38,443 bases of DNA from a bacterium. Lineage in GTDB: Bacteria; Joyebacterota; Joyebacteria; Joyebacterales; Joyebacteraceae. The stretch lies in assembly GCA_025782345.1 (NCBI GenBank), contig JALGZG010000348.1, positions 1 through 38,443 of the forward strand, written 5' to 3'. Made by a program: the position numbers and the translations under genes. The notes under the pieces are model-generated. The model saw only the letters and a program-made list of their open reading frames with translations, ran no database searches and was not told where the DNA came from. Of this stretch, positions 1-10,734 are shown piece after piece (the stretch's first letter is position 1; every line of letters starts with the position of its first letter).

Positions 1-2
1 CG

Positions 3-167
3 GCGCAGGTGCCGCTGGCAGAACTCTACAAGTACTCGACACATCTACGGTCCATCACGCAGGGCCGCGGCTTCTACGAGCAGGAGTTCTCGCACTACGA
101 GCAGGTGCCGGGCGACGTCCAGGCGAAGGTCGTTGCCGAGTCCGAGAAGACGGAAGAAGACGCGTAG
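3..167 (+). CDS. fusA: Elongation factor G family protein, C-terminal fragment (truncated by window start)
   Basis: Manual translation [36 protein letters not shown]...* matches EF-G domain V (VPLAE..Y...LRS.TQGRG). It lies outside the str operon, so it is probably an EF-G2 paralog. Confidence 0.85.
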   Translation, partial: AQVPLAELYKYSTHLRSITQGRGFYEQEFSHYEQVPGDVQAKVVAESEKTEEDA

Positions 168-262
168 CGCTGGGAAGTCGGACGAGGCTCAGCGCTGGGA
201 AGCTGACGCAACAGATCGCGGGCCGTCGCTGACCATCAGGCGCCCGAAGACGGAGGACAGGT

Positions 263-1018
263 ATGTCGGGACACTCCAAGTGGGCCAGTATCAAGCACAA
301 GAAGGGCGCCCTTGACGCCAAGCGCGGCAAGATCTTCAACCGCCACGCTCGGCTGATCGAGGTGGCGGCGCGGGCGGGCGGGGCTGACGTCGAGACGAAC
401 GTGAGACTCCGGTCCGAGGTGCAGGCCGCTAAGTCCGCGAACATGCCCAACGACAAGATCGATAAGGCCATCGCGAAGGGCGCGGGGCTGATCAAGGGTG
501 TGATCTACGAAGAGGCGGTCTACGAGGCCTACGGTCCGGAGGGCGTGGCGCTGATGATCGACACGCTGACGGACAGCAAGAACCGAACGGTCGGCGAGAT
601 CCGCAACATCCTGGGCAAGCACAACGGACACCTGGGTGAGGGTGGAAGCGTAGCGTGGAACTTCACGCAGAAGGGCGTGATCACGATCCCGTCCAAGGGC
701 CACGACGAGGACAGCATCCTCGAGGTCGTGCTCGAGGCCGGCGCCGAGGATCTCAGCGTCGAGGGTGACAGCTTCGAGATCACGACCGACCCGAAGGACT
801 TCGCCGCGGTGCGCGACGCCCTGAACGCGGCCGGTATCACCTCGAGCCACTCCGAGGTCACGCGCATTCCCGGATCGACCGTCCAGCTTGAGCTGGACGC
901 CGCGCGCAAGATCCTGAAGCTGGTAGACATTCTCGACGACCACGACGACGTCCAGAACGTCTCCGCGAACATCGATATCTCCGATGAGATAATGGAGACC
1001 CTCAAGAACGAGGGGTAG
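263..1018 (+). CDS. yebC: YebC/PmpR family protein
   Basis: MSGHSKWASIKHKKG N-terminus, YEAYGPEGVA, DDHDDVQNV; GGAGG RBS; classic position before ruvCAB. Confidence 0.97.
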   Translation: MSGHSKWASIKHKKGALDAKRGKIFNRHARLIEVAARAGGADVETNVRLRSEVQAAKSANMPNDKIDKAIAKGAGLIKGVIYEEAVYEAYGPEGVALMIDTLTDSKNRTVGEIRNILGKHNGHLGEGGSVAWNFTQKGVITIPSKGHDEDSILEVVLEAGAEDLSVEGDSFEITTDPKDFAAVRDALNAAGITSSHSEVTRIPGSTVQLELDAARKILKLVDILDDHDDVQNVSANIDISDEIMETLKNEG

Positions 1019-1022
1019 CGCC

Positions 1023-1523
1023 GTGCCCGGCAAGGTGCTAGTGCTCGGAATCGACCCCGGCAGCATCGTGACGGGGTTCGGTCTGGTCGAACAGGACGAC
1101 GGCCACATGAGGCTTATCGCCTGGAGCAGCGTCAGGACCTCGTCCAAGGCGCCGCTGCCCGAGCGGCTCAGCAGGATCTACGCTGAGACCGCCCGGATGA
1201 TCGAGGTGCACCGGCCCGACGAGATCGCCGTCGAGAACGTCTTCCAGGCAAAGAACGTCAGGTCCGCACTCAAGCTCGGCCACGCGCGCGGGGTGACGCT
1301 GCTCGCCGCCGCCCAGGCGGCACTTCCCATCTTCGAGTACGCGCCGCGCGAGGTGAAGCAATCGGTCGTCGGCACAGGATCTGCGACGAAGCTTCAGGTC
1401 GCAGCGATGGTCGAACGGCTCCTGGGACTCTCGGGGCAGAAGCTGCTCGAGGACGAATCCGACGCAGTGGCCGTCGCCATCTGCCACTTCCACAAACGGA
1501 ACAACAGGACCGCGGCCGCATGA
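1023..1523 (+). CDS. ruvC: Holliday junction resolvase RuvC
   Basis: LGIDPG, IAVENVF, LGHARGV, EYAPREVKQSVVGTG, DESDAVAVA motifs. Confidence 0.97.
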   Translation: MPGKVLVLGIDPGSIVTGFGLVEQDDGHMRLIAWSSVRTSSKAPLPERLSRIYAETARMIEVHRPDEIAVENVFQAKNVRSALKLGHARGVTLLAAAQAALPIFEYAPREVKQSVVGTGSATKLQVAAMVERLLGLSGQKLLEDESDAVAVAICHFHKRNNRTAAA

Positions 1524-2110
1524 TCTCAGAACTTAAGGGTAGCCTTCTCAGAAGAAGCCCGGCCAGCGTCGTTGTTGACGTCGGAGGCATCGGGTTCAGC
1601 ATGCTCGTTCCGCTCTCGACGTTCCGCGAACTGGGCGACGAGGGGTCGGACGTGCACCTCTTCACGTATCTCCACGTTAGAGAGGATGCCCTGGACCTCT
1701 TCGCCTTCATCACGGAGGCCGAACGCTCTATCTTCCGCGCTCTGATATCGGTCTCGGGCATCGGCCCGAAGCTCGGCCTCGCCGTGCTGTCGGGGCTGTC
1801 CCCCGAGGTCTTCCATCGAGCCGTAGTCGAGGAGGACGTGGGGCTTCTGACGAGCGTTTCCGGGATAGGCAAGAAGACGGCCCAGAGGATGATAGTCGAA
1901 CTCAAGGACAGGTTCTCCGGTCTCGACGTCTCGTCGATCGGCGGCGCCGGAAGCGGGAGAGAGGACACGGGCGACGCGGTTCGCGCGCTCGTATCACTGG
2001 GCATGAACCGGAACACCGCTCGCGAGGCCGTGCTGCGCGTGCAGAGCGACGCCGGCCGCGAGCTGCCGGTGGAGGAACTGGTCAGGCGTGCGCTCAGGAG
2101 GGGAGCCTAA
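1520..2110 (+). CDS. ruvA: Holliday junction branch migration protein RuvA
   Basis: VDVGGIG, HVREDA, HhH motifs VSGIGPKLG and VSGIGKKTAQRMIVELKD. Confidence 0.97.
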   Translation: MISELKGSLLRRSPASVVVDVGGIGFSMLVPLSTFRELGDEGSDVHLFTYLHVREDALDLFAFITEAERSIFRALISVSGIGPKLGLAVLSGLSPEVFHRAVVEEDVGLLTSVSGIGKKTAQRMIVELKDRFSGLDVSSIGGAGSGREDTGDAVRALVSLGMNRNTAREAVLRVQSDAGRELPVEELVRRALRRGA

Positions 2111-2113
2111 CGG

Positions 2114-3148
2114 ATGAGCGAGACGACCGGGCGCGTGACCGCACCCGCCCCATCCAGCGACGACGTCAGGTTCGATACCAAGCTTCGGCCGGCCAGCTTC
2201 AGCGAGTTCGTGGGCCAGGAGACCCTCCTGCAAAATCTGAGGATCTTCATCCAGGCGGCGCGGAAGCGCGGGGAGCCGCTGGACCACTGTCTGTTCTACG
2301 GGCCACCGGGCTTAGGCAAGACCACGCTGGCGTACATCATCGCTACGGAGATGGGAACCGAGCTCGTCTCGACCTCGGGGCCGGTCATCGAGCGCGCCTA
2401 CGACCTGACGGGCATCCTGACGAACCTCAAACGCGGTGACGTTCTCTTCATAGACGAGATCCACCGGCTCCAGCACGTGGTGGAGGAGTATCTCTACCCC
2501 GCGATGGAGGAGTTCTCCGTCGACATCGTTCTGGACAAGGGACCGTCCGCCAGAAGTGTCAAGCTCAACCTGGAGCACTTCACGCTCGTGGGCGCGACGA
2601 CCAGGGCCGGGCTCCTGACGTCGCCGCTCAGGTCGCGCTTCGGCGTGGCGCAGCGGCTGAACTACTACGACCCGGAAGAGCTGGCGCGGATCGTCCTGAG
2701 ATCGGCCGGCATCCTCGGCGTGCCCATCACGGATGACGGTGCCCTCGAACTCGCGCGACGGGCGAGGGGGACCCCCAGGATCGCAAACAGGCTCCTGCGT
2801 CGTGTGCGCGACTTCGCCGAGGTGGAGGGGGACGGACGGGTTACCGCGGAGGTCGCTCACGAGTCGCTCCTGAAGCTCGAGGTGGACGAGCGCGGGCTCG
2901 ACGAGATGGACCGGCGTATTATGGAGGCCGTCATCAGACGCTTCAGCGGCGGGCCGGTCGGTGTGAAGAGCCTCGCCGTGGCGGTTGGCGAGGAAGCCGA
3001 GACCATCGAGGAGATCTACGAGCCGTTCCTGATCCAGGAGGGGCTTCTCAAGAGAACGTCGCGAGGGCGAGAGGCGACGCCCGCGGCGTACGAGTATTTC
3101 GGGGAGGTCACGGTCACGGGGCAGGGGGAGCAGGAGAAGCTCCTGTAG
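2114..3148 (+). CDS. ruvB: Holliday junction branch migration helicase RuvB
   Basis: LRP..F.EFVGQ, Walker [10 protein letters not shown], Walker [23 protein letters not shown]. Confidence 0.98.
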   Translation: MSETTGRVTAPAPSSDDVRFDTKLRPASFSEFVGQETLLQNLRIFIQAARKRGEPLDHCLFYGPPGLGKTTLAYIIATEMGTELVSTSGPVIERAYDLTGILTNLKRGDVLFIDEIHRLQHVVEEYLYPAMEEFSVDIVLDKGPSARSVKLNLEHFTLVGATTRAGLLTSPLRSRFGVAQRLNYYDPEELARIVLRSAGILGVPITDDGALELARRARGTPRIANRLLRRVRDFAEVEGDGRVTAEVAHESLLKLEVDERGLDEMDRRIMEAVIRRFSGGPVGVKSLAVAVGEEAETIEEIYEPFLIQEGLLKRTSRGREATPAAYEYFGEVTVTGQGEQEKLL

Positions 3149-3368
3149 GCGTGGCGGCGGCTGCTCGCAAACCGGGCCGCAGGTGGCCCGCCCCACCGCC
3201 ATCCACGCGGCGACTGCACCACGCCTGAGCTTGCGACGGGCCGAGCGGGCCGTCGCCCGAGCAGTTGGAGTCCGGTTGGCGATGCGTGCCCTCCGCAGCC
3301 GCCGTTGCGAGCAGTTGGAGCCCGGCGGCTGCGGGGGGCGCGTATCGCCACTCGAGGGTTCGCCTGGC
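3149..3368 (+). other. Highly structured intergenic region; candidate cis-regulatory RNA upstream of queH
   Basis: 28-bp stem 3277-3304/3323-3350 with three G-U pairs, smaller hairpins, and an upstream segment complementary to both the stem arm and the loop. Confidence 0.5.
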
Positions 3369-3896
3369 ATGAAGATTCTCCTACACATCTGCTGCGGGCC
3401 GTGCGCCCTCGTTCCGATGCGAGAACTCCTCGCGGCGGGGCACGAGGTCGCGGGCGCGTTCGTCAATCCGAACATCCACCCGTACCGTGAGTTCGAGAGC
3501 AGACGCGAGGCGGCGCGGCTGGCGTGCGCGGCGCTGGATGTCGCGATGGTCCGCGAGGACGGTTACGGGCTGACCGAGTTCCTGCGCGCCGTCGTCGGGC
3601 ACGAGAACGAGCGGTGTCCCCTCTGCTACGCGATGAGACTGGACCGCGTGGCGGAGTTGGCGAAGTCGCTCGGGTTCGACGCCTTCTCGACGTCGATGCT
3701 CATATCGACGTACCAGGACCACGAGGGCATCCATCAGGCGGGGGAGGCCGCGGCGGAGGCTCACGGAGTCGAGTTCGAGTACCGCGACTTCCGCCCAAAG
3801 GTGATGGAGGGCGTGAAAGTCTCGAAGGAGATGGGGCTCTACCGGCAGCAGTACTGCGGCTGCATCTACAGTGAGTGGGAGCGCTACAGGGAGTGA
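3369..3896 (+). CDS. queH: Epoxyqueuosine reductase QueH (DUF208)
   Basis: LLHICCGPC, NPNIHP, RCPLCY..RL, YRQQYCGC motifs. Start set to ATG 3369 after GAGG, not the ORF-track start 3183. Confidence 0.93.
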   Translation: MKILLHICCGPCALVPMRELLAAGHEVAGAFVNPNIHPYREFESRREAARLACAALDVAMVREDGYGLTEFLRAVVGHENERCPLCYAMRLDRVAELAKSLGFDAFSTSMLISTYQDHEGIHQAGEAAAEAHGVEFEYRDFRPKVMEGVKVSKEMGLYRQQYCGCIYSEWERYRE

Positions 3897-4921
3897 AGAC
3901 CTCCGATTTCGACTACGAGCTCCCGAGGGAGCTCGTCGCACAGTACCCGGCGGACAGACGCGATGAGTCCCGCCTTCTGGTTGTCAGGCGGGACGGAGGC
4001 GCACTGGAGCACCGCCTGTTTCGCGACATCGGGGATTACCTCGAGCCCGGCGACGTGCTTGTTATCAACGAGAGTGAGGTCATCCCGGCTCGTCTGCTGG
4101 GCCGCAGGAGCGGAGGCGGCCGGGCCGAGATGTTCCTTCTTCGCAACCTCGGGGACCATCGCTGGGAGGTTCTCGTACGCCCCGGCGCCAGGATCCGGGA
4201 GGGGGCGGAGCTCTCCTTCGGTGACGGGCAGCTGACGGCGCGCGTCCTGGAGGTCCTCCCGGACGGGAAGCGCGTGGTCTTGCTCTGGGCTCCGGGAGAT
4301 ATCGCGGCGGCGGCCGAGAGGTTGGGGGCCGTCCCGCTGCCGCCCTACATCAACAGGGAGCCCGAGGCGACGGACAGCCTGCGCTACCAGACGGTCTACG
4401 CCCGCGTTCCGGGGGCGGTGGCCGCGCCCACCGCGGGGCTTCACTTCACCGAGGAGCTTCTGGCTGAACTCGGCGCTGCCGGCATTGCAGCGGCGGCGCT
4501 CACACTCCACGTCGGTATAGGGACGTTCCGTCCGGTCTCGGTCGAGGACCCGGCCGACCACCCGATGGAGAGCGAGCGCTTCGAGCTTCCCGTGGATGCC
4601 GCGGAGGCGATCAACGCGGCTCGGGACGGCGGCGGGAGAGTGGTCGCGGTCGGGACCACGTCCGTTCGGACGCTCGAGTCCGTTGCAGGGGAGGACGGAC
4701 ATGTAGAGTCCGGGTCCGGTTCTACGAACCTCTTCATCCGGTCGCCCTACCGTTTCAAGTGCGTCGACGTACTTCTCACCAACTTCCACCTCCCGAAATC
4801 GACTCTCCTCATGCTCGTGTCCGCGTTCGCCGGGCGAGAGCGCGTCCTCGACGCGTACGCCGAGGCCGTGAGGGAGCGCTACCGGTTCTACAGCTACGGC
4901 GACGCGATGCTGCTGCTCTAG
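3893..4921 (+). CDS. queA: S-adenosylmethionine:tRNA ribosyltransferase-isomerase QueA
   Basis: DFDYELP, PLPPYI, YQTVYA, AVAAPTAGLHFT, TNFHLPKST, YRFYSYGDAM. GTG start overlaps the queH stop. Confidence 0.97.
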   Translation: MKTSDFDYELPRELVAQYPADRRDESRLLVVRRDGGALEHRLFRDIGDYLEPGDVLVINESEVIPARLLGRRSGGGRAEMFLLRNLGDHRWEVLVRPGARIREGAELSFGDGQLTARVLEVLPDGKRVVLLWAPGDIAAAAERLGAVPLPPYINREPEATDSLRYQTVYARVPGAVAAPTAGLHFTEELLAELGAAGIAAAALTLHVGIGTFRPVSVEDPADHPMESERFELPVDAAEAINAARDGGGRVVAVGTTSVRTLESVAGEDGHVESGSGSTNLFIRSPYRFKCVDVLLTNFHLPKSTLLMLVSAFAGRERVLDAYAEAVRERYRFYSYGDAMLLL

Positions 4922-4956
4922 CCGGGCAGGCGCGGCGCTCTTCCCGCAAGCACGTG

Positions 4957-4990
4957 TGTTTCCGTCAATCCACTGTTTCCGTCAATCCAC
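4957..4990. repeat. Exact 17-bp tandem duplication (TGTTTCCGTCAATCCAC x2)
   Basis: Copies at 4957-4973 and 4974-4990, read directly from the sequence. Confidence 0.95.
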
Positions 4991-6197
<1,207 letters not shown>

Positions 6198-6215
6198 CAG
6201 ACGGACGGAGGCGAG

Positions 6216-7427
6216 ATGTACTACGACATGGCCAACCTGGTTGACAGTGTCGCGACGGGATCCGGCGGGAAGATAGTGCTACTGGTCGCGGACGGGGTCG
6301 GTGGCCTGCCGCACCCGGAGACCGGGCTCACCGAACTCGAGACCGCGCGGACACCCAACCTGGACGCCCTGGCGCGGGAATCCTCCTGCGGTCTGCACGT
6401 GCCGATCGCGCCTGGCATAACGCCCGGCAGTGGCCCGGCGCACATGGCGCTCTTCGGCTACGACCCGGTCCGTTACAAGATAGGTCGAGGCGTTCTCGAG
6501 GCGCTGGGGATCGGGTTCGACCTCAGGCAGGGCGATGTGGCGATTCGTGTCAACTTCGCGACCGTGGACGAAGAGGGGCGTATCACCGACAGGCGCGCGG
6601 GGAGGATCCCGACGGAGAAGTGCGAGGAGCTGACGGCCCGGTTGGACCAGATCCAGCTACCGATGGTCGAGCTGTTCGTGCGGCCCGTGAAGGAGCACAG
6701 GGCTGTCATCGTGCTGAGAGGCGCAGGGCTAGCCGGAGGGCTGAAGGACACCGACCCGCAGGCGACCGGCGTGCCGCCGCTCCCGATCGAGATCACGGAT
6801 GGTGCGCAGGAGAAGACCGCGGATCTGCTGAACGCCTTCCTGGCCGCGGCGGGGGAGCTTCTCAAGGAGGAGCCTGCGGCCAACGCCATCACGATGCGGG
6901 GCATCGCGGCGCTCGAGGAGATACCGTCGGTGGGCGAGCGATTCAGGATCAGGGCAGCGGCACTGGCCGGATACCCGATGTACCGTGGAGTCGCGGGGCT
7001 CGTCGGCATGGACGTCCTCCCGAAAGTGGAGACGGCCGACGAGGTGGAGGAGGCCCTGTGCGCGGCGTACCGGGACTACGATTTCATCTTCGTTCACTTC
7101 AAGAAAACTGACTCGACCGGCGAGGACGGCTCGTTCGATGCGAAGGTCGCGGCCACTGAGGAGCTGGACGAGGTGGTGGCACGTGTCAGGGGCGTCGGTC
7201 CGGACGTGCTGCTGGTGACAGGCGACCACTCGACACCGTCGGCGATGGCGATGCACAGCTGGCATCCGGTGCCGGTGCTTGTGCGCGCCGCGAGCGCTCG
7301 CGTGGACGACGTCGCGACGTTCGGCGAGTCAGCATGTCTGCGCGGGTCGCTGGGCACCGTCCGTGCGGTCGACCTGATGCCGCTCATGCTGGCGCACGCG
7401 GGACGGCTGGCGAAATTCGGGGCGTAG
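6216..7427 (+). CDS. apgM: 2,3-bisphosphoglycerate-independent phosphoglycerate mutase, ApgM type
   Basis: ADGVGG, LETARTPNLD, PGSGPAHMALFGYDP, DRRAGRI, TGDHSTP, HSWHPVP. Confidence 0.92.
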   Translation: MYYDMANLVDSVATGSGGKIVLLVADGVGGLPHPETGLTELETARTPNLDALARESSCGLHVPIAPGITPGSGPAHMALFGYDPVRYKIGRGVLEALGIGFDLRQGDVAIRVNFATVDEEGRITDRRAGRIPTEKCEELTARLDQIQLPMVELFVRPVKEHRAVIVLRGAGLAGGLKDTDPQATGVPPLPIEITDGAQEKTADLLNAFLAAAGELLKEEPAANAITMRGIAALEEIPSVGERFRIRAAALAGYPMYRGVAGLVGMDVLPKVETADEVEEALCAAYRDYDFIFVHFKKTDSTGEDGSFDAKVAATEELDEVVARVRGVGPDVLLVTGDHSTPSAMAMHSWHPVPVLVRAASARVDDVATFGESACLRGSLGTVRAVDLMPLMLAHAGRLAKFGA

Positions 7428-7456
7428 AGGAACCACCATTGACAGCACACGGCGAA

Positions 7457-9025
7457 ATGCCGCGTTCCAGAGAACTGCTGCTCGCCATCGTGAGCGGGGC
7501 GTGCCTCGTTCTTGCGTTCCCGCCGATCGACCTCGTGCCCGCGGCGTTCGTCGCGCTCATTCCGCTCTTCTACATCATCAGGAATGCGAGAGGGGGCGGG
7601 TTCTGGAACGGATTCCGTCCGGGCTTCATCGCCGGGATCACGTTCTTCCTGCTGCTTCTGTACTGGCTGGCGCTCCTCTCATCTGATCAGATGGACAACC
7701 CGGTCGTGATGAGTGGGCCGCTCTTCCTGCTGGTGCTTCTGCAGTCCTTCTATTGGGGGCTCTTCTCGGCCGCCGCGTCGTTCGTCGGGCACAGGACGCG
7801 CATTCCGTGGTTCGTGATCCTGCCCGTGCTCTGGGTTGCCTTCGAGCAGCTGCGGTCGCTCGGCGTGCTCGGTTTCACCTGGGGCGCGCTGGGCTACGCG
7901 GCCGTCAACGTGCCGAGGGCCATCCAGTTCGCGTCCGTCACGGGCGTCTTCGGGGTCTCGCTCTGGCTCGCGCTTTCAAACGCGCTCGTCCTGGAGATCG
8001 CGTCCGGGCGCAGGCGCCGAGGCGCCCTCGCGGCCGCTCTTGTCGCGGCGCTGTTGCTGCCGGTCCTGCACGGAACCCTCGTGCTGCGTGAGGCCGGGGG
8101 CGGACAGGGCGGGGAGGGCGCCGGGAGGAGCATGCGGGTCGCGGTCATCCAGCCGAACATCTCAGCTGCGACCAAATGGGACGCGCGCTACAAGAGCGAG
8201 AGCTTCGAGACGTTGGGCAGGCTGTCGCTCCAGGCCGCGGACCGGAAGCCGGACCTGATCGTCTGGCCGGAGACCGCGGCGCCCAGCTACCTGCTCTATG
8301 AGCCTGACGACCTGGCGCTCGTCGCGGCCGTCGCGCGTCAGGCGGATATCCCGATACTGACGGGCTGCCCAAACCTGGTCCCGGGGAGTGCGGAAGAGGG
8401 GACGGGCAGGCCACTGAACAGCGTTCTCCTGATAGACACCGACGGGATTCCCAAAGCTGCCTACAGTAAGATGAAGCTCGTTCCGTTCGGTGAGGCCATA
8501 CCGTTCGAGACCGTCATTCCGTTTCTCAAGGAGCTGGATTTCGGCGAAGCGGATTTCTGGCCCGGCAGTGAGCGCGTGGTCTTCAAACACCCCGATGGCG
8601 CCTTCTCAGTCCTCATCTGCTACGAGTCGACCTTCCCACGTCTGGCACGCCGGTTCGTCGCCGGCGGCGCAGAACTCCTGGTCAATGTCACCAACGACGT
8701 CTGGTACGGACGCTCGTCGATGCCGTTTCAGCACGCATCCATGGCCGTCATGCGGGCCATCGAGAACAGACGCAGCCTCGCGCGGAGCGCCAACAGCGGG
8801 GTTTCGATGCTGGTAGATCCGTACGGGCGCGTGATGGCGCGCATGGGGATCTTCGAAGAGGGCTTTCTTGTGGAGAGGCTGCCCGTCGTGAGTGACAGGA
8901 CCTTCTATACGGCGTACGGGGACGTGTTCCCCTGGGGCGCGATGCTCGCGGGCGGGCTGATGCTGGTGTTGGGCCTGTCCGGGGCGGTCAAGCAGCATGC
9001 ACGGCCACGGGGACGGAGGGGCTGA
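7457..9025 (+). CDS. lnt: Apolipoprotein N-acyltransferase
   Basis: N-terminal TM helices, IQPNI, catalytic E (WPETA), K (YSKMKLVPFGE) and C (LICYES), NVTNDVWYG, RSANSGVS. Start could be TTG 7439. Confidence 0.95.
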   Translation: MPRSRELLLAIVSGACLVLAFPPIDLVPAAFVALIPLFYIIRNARGGGFWNGFRPGFIAGITFFLLLLYWLALLSSDQMDNPVVMSGPLFLLVLLQSFYWGLFSAAASFVGHRTRIPWFVILPVLWVAFEQLRSLGVLGFTWGALGYAAVNVPRAIQFASVTGVFGVSLWLALSNALVLEIASGRRRRGALAAALVAALLLPVLHGTLVLREAGGGQGGEGAGRSMRVAVIQPNISAATKWDARYKSESFETLGRLSLQAADRKPDLIVWPETAAPSYLLYEPDDLALVAAVARQADIPILTGCPNLVPGSAEEGTGRPLNSVLLIDTDGIPKAAYSKMKLVPFGEAIPFETVIPFLKELDFGEADFWPGSERVVFKHPDGAFSVLICYESTFPRLARRFVAGGAELLVNVTNDVWYGRSSMPFQHASMAVMRAIENRRSLARSANSGVSMLVDPYGRVMARMGIFEEGFLVERLPVVSDRTFYTAYGDVFPWGAMLAGGLMLVLGLSGAVKQHARPRGRRG

Positions 9026-9085
9026 ATGAAGTCTCACTAATTGGGCAGGAACCGAATATCGATACGGAGCTGAGCATTGACAGAC

Positions 9086-9110
9086 GCGCGGGTCTCGACG
9101 AGATCCGCGC
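9086..9110. other. Inverted repeat (lnt terminator or activator-binding site)
   Basis: GCGCGGGTCTC-GAC-GAGATCCGCGC, 11-bp stem with one G-T pair, no U-tract. Confidence 0.4.
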
Positions 9111-9212
9111 AATTCGCGACGTGGGGGTGTGGTCGGGAGTCAGTCCCGCTCCCGGGGCTCCCGGCAACCGCTTGCGTCTGCTGGGGTTGGAGGCCTCCGC
9201 GCGTCCCCAGCA

Positions 9213-9228
9213 TGGCATGGAACTTGCA
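9213..9228 (+). promoter_or_regulatory. Sigma-54 (-24/-12) promoter for the pilus cluster
   Basis: TGGCATGGAACTTGCA = TGGCA-N6-TTGCA with exact GG-N10-GC spacing, 70 nt upstream of the first pilus gene. Confidence 0.75.
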
Positions 9229-9297
9229 TTTCACCGGGTCGAGCTTCCCCAGACAGGAGGCTCGCGGCAACTGCCTTGAGGGGCATGGGAGGTCTGG

Positions 9298-10683
9298 ATG
9301 TCCACATACTGGGGACTTGTGAAGGCGCGTGGTCTGGAGGGCACGAGGCGGCGTGTTCTTTCCGTGGGCCCGTACTCGCTGTCGGTGCGCGGGTCTGCAC
9401 TCGTCGGCGTGATTGGCATGATCACGGCCGTTCTGCTGGTCGGGATAGCCATCTTCATGCTCGGGCACGCCGAGGGCGACGTGGTCGAGTACGCGGTCGA
9501 TGACAGCAGGGCATTCTACATTGCGGAAGGCGGGCTTGAGCGCGCCAGGGGCTACCTCGCGGCGCTGGAGCTGGATGACCCGAACGAAGATCCTGTCGGG
9601 ACGAGCTTCTCGGGACAGGTGCCGGGCAGTGGGTCCTACCATGTGGAGGTGGTGGAGGATGTGAGCGGCGGAAGCTGGCTGGACGCCTACGAGGTTATCT
9701 CGACGGGCGAGAAGGACGGCGTGCTGCGGCAGGTCAAGGCGACGGTGATAGCCGAGACGTTCGCGATGTACTCGTGGTTCATCGAGAGCGATGGCGGTGG
9801 CTACTCATGGTTCCGGTCCGGCGAGCGCTTCGAGGGCCCGATTCACGTCAACGGTGACTTGAGGATTGACGGTGACCCCTGGTTCGGGGGCCACGTTCGT
9901 GCCGCGGGAGGTCTGACCCTCAAGGAAGGCAGCAATCCGACCTTCCTGAGGGGCTACGAACTCCACGTAGATCCCATCAGTCTGCCGACCAGAGCCCACG
10001 TATTCGCCACGGTGAAGGCGGCGGCTCACAGTGGTGGGTTGCCTCTGGATCCCATGGGGAACAAGACTTACTACGAGGTACTACTGGGCGACCCTTACGT
10101 AGGAGCGTTCAGTTATCAGGGGTACAACGAGGACGGCAGCAACCACGGTCTCGGCGGCTGGGTGGATATCTCGGGTCTCAACGGCGCCGTCTGGTTCGGC
10201 GAGGACATCTACATCGAAGGGACGCTCGACGGGCAGCTGACCATCGGCGTTGACGGCAGCATACACATCACGGATGACATCCTCTACGCCGGGTCGACTC
10301 CGGGGAACGGTCCCGATCCTGACTGCGACGACATGCTCGGGCTCATCGCGGCCGGACACGCGAAGGGCGATATCATCATCGACTACACCATTCCGAACCA
10401 GAACGACTGTGAGGTCCATGGTGTCATGATGGCTCTCCAGAAGACCCTCAAGGCCGAAGACTACCAGCATCATCCACTTCGCGGTGACTTCATCCTGTAC
10501 GGCGGCGTGTTCGCGGAGTACGCCGTCCACCTGGCGGAGTATAGGGACGGCGTGGTTTCCTCGGGTTACGGCAGGGACTACCACTTCGACCCGCGCGTGG
10601 CGTCGATGCCGCCACCGTTCTTCCCGTTCGCGGGGACCTTCTCCATTGTGACGTGGGAAGAGGTCGTGCCACCTGAGGTCTGA
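9298..10683 (+). CDS. PilX/GspK-like minor pilin with large C-terminal domain (DUF4900-like), paralog 1
   Basis: RG|SALV prepilin-like site without E5, hydrophobic helix, AFYIAEGGLERA PilX N-terminal motif, FEGPIHVNG, GYGRDYHFDPR..PPPFFP. GGGAGG RBS. Confidence 0.75.
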   Translation: MSTYWGLVKARGLEGTRRRVLSVGPYSLSVRGSALVGVIGMITAVLLVGIAIFMLGHAEGDVVEYAVDDSRAFYIAEGGLERARGYLAALELDDPNEDPVGTSFSGQVPGSGSYHVEVVEDVSGGSWLDAYEVISTGEKDGVLRQVKATVIAETFAMYSWFIESDGGGYSWFRSGERFEGPIHVNGDLRIDGDPWFGGHVRAAGGLTLKEGSNPTFLRGYELHVDPISLPTRAHVFATVKAAAHSGGLPLDPMGNKTYYEVLLGDPYVGAFSYQGYNEDGSNHGLGGWVDISGLNGAVWFGEDIYIEGTLDGQLTIGVDGSIHITDDILYAGSTPGNGPDPDCDDMLGLIAAGHAKGDIIIDYTIPNQNDCEVHGVMMALQKTLKAEDYQHHPLRGDFILYGGVFAEYAVHLAEYRDGVVSSGYGRDYHFDPRVASMPPPFFPFAGTFSIVTWEEVVPPEV

Positions 10684-10734
10684 TCCGAACCGGACGCCGC
10701 GGGGCACTGGAGCCGCGCGGTAAGGACGTGAGCT

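Noticed and set aside
3183-3368. N-terminal extension of QueH called by the ORF track
   Set aside because: QueH homology starts at MKILLHICC (3369) with its own RBS; the upstream part is the structured spacer.
3149-3368. Known preQ1-I riboswitch or tRNA
   Set aside because: No short stem plus A-rich tail typical of preQ1-I, and no cloverleaf or TTC arm recognised.
9077-9105. TTGACA as a sigma-70 -35 for the pilus cluster
   Set aside because: No credible -10 at 16-18 nt (GAGATC); the sigma-54 box fits much better.
10702-10717. GG-N10-GC (GGGCACTGGAGCCGC) before the second PilX-like gene
   Set aside because: Poor -12 element, and the implied TSS would fall downstream of the gene's RBS.
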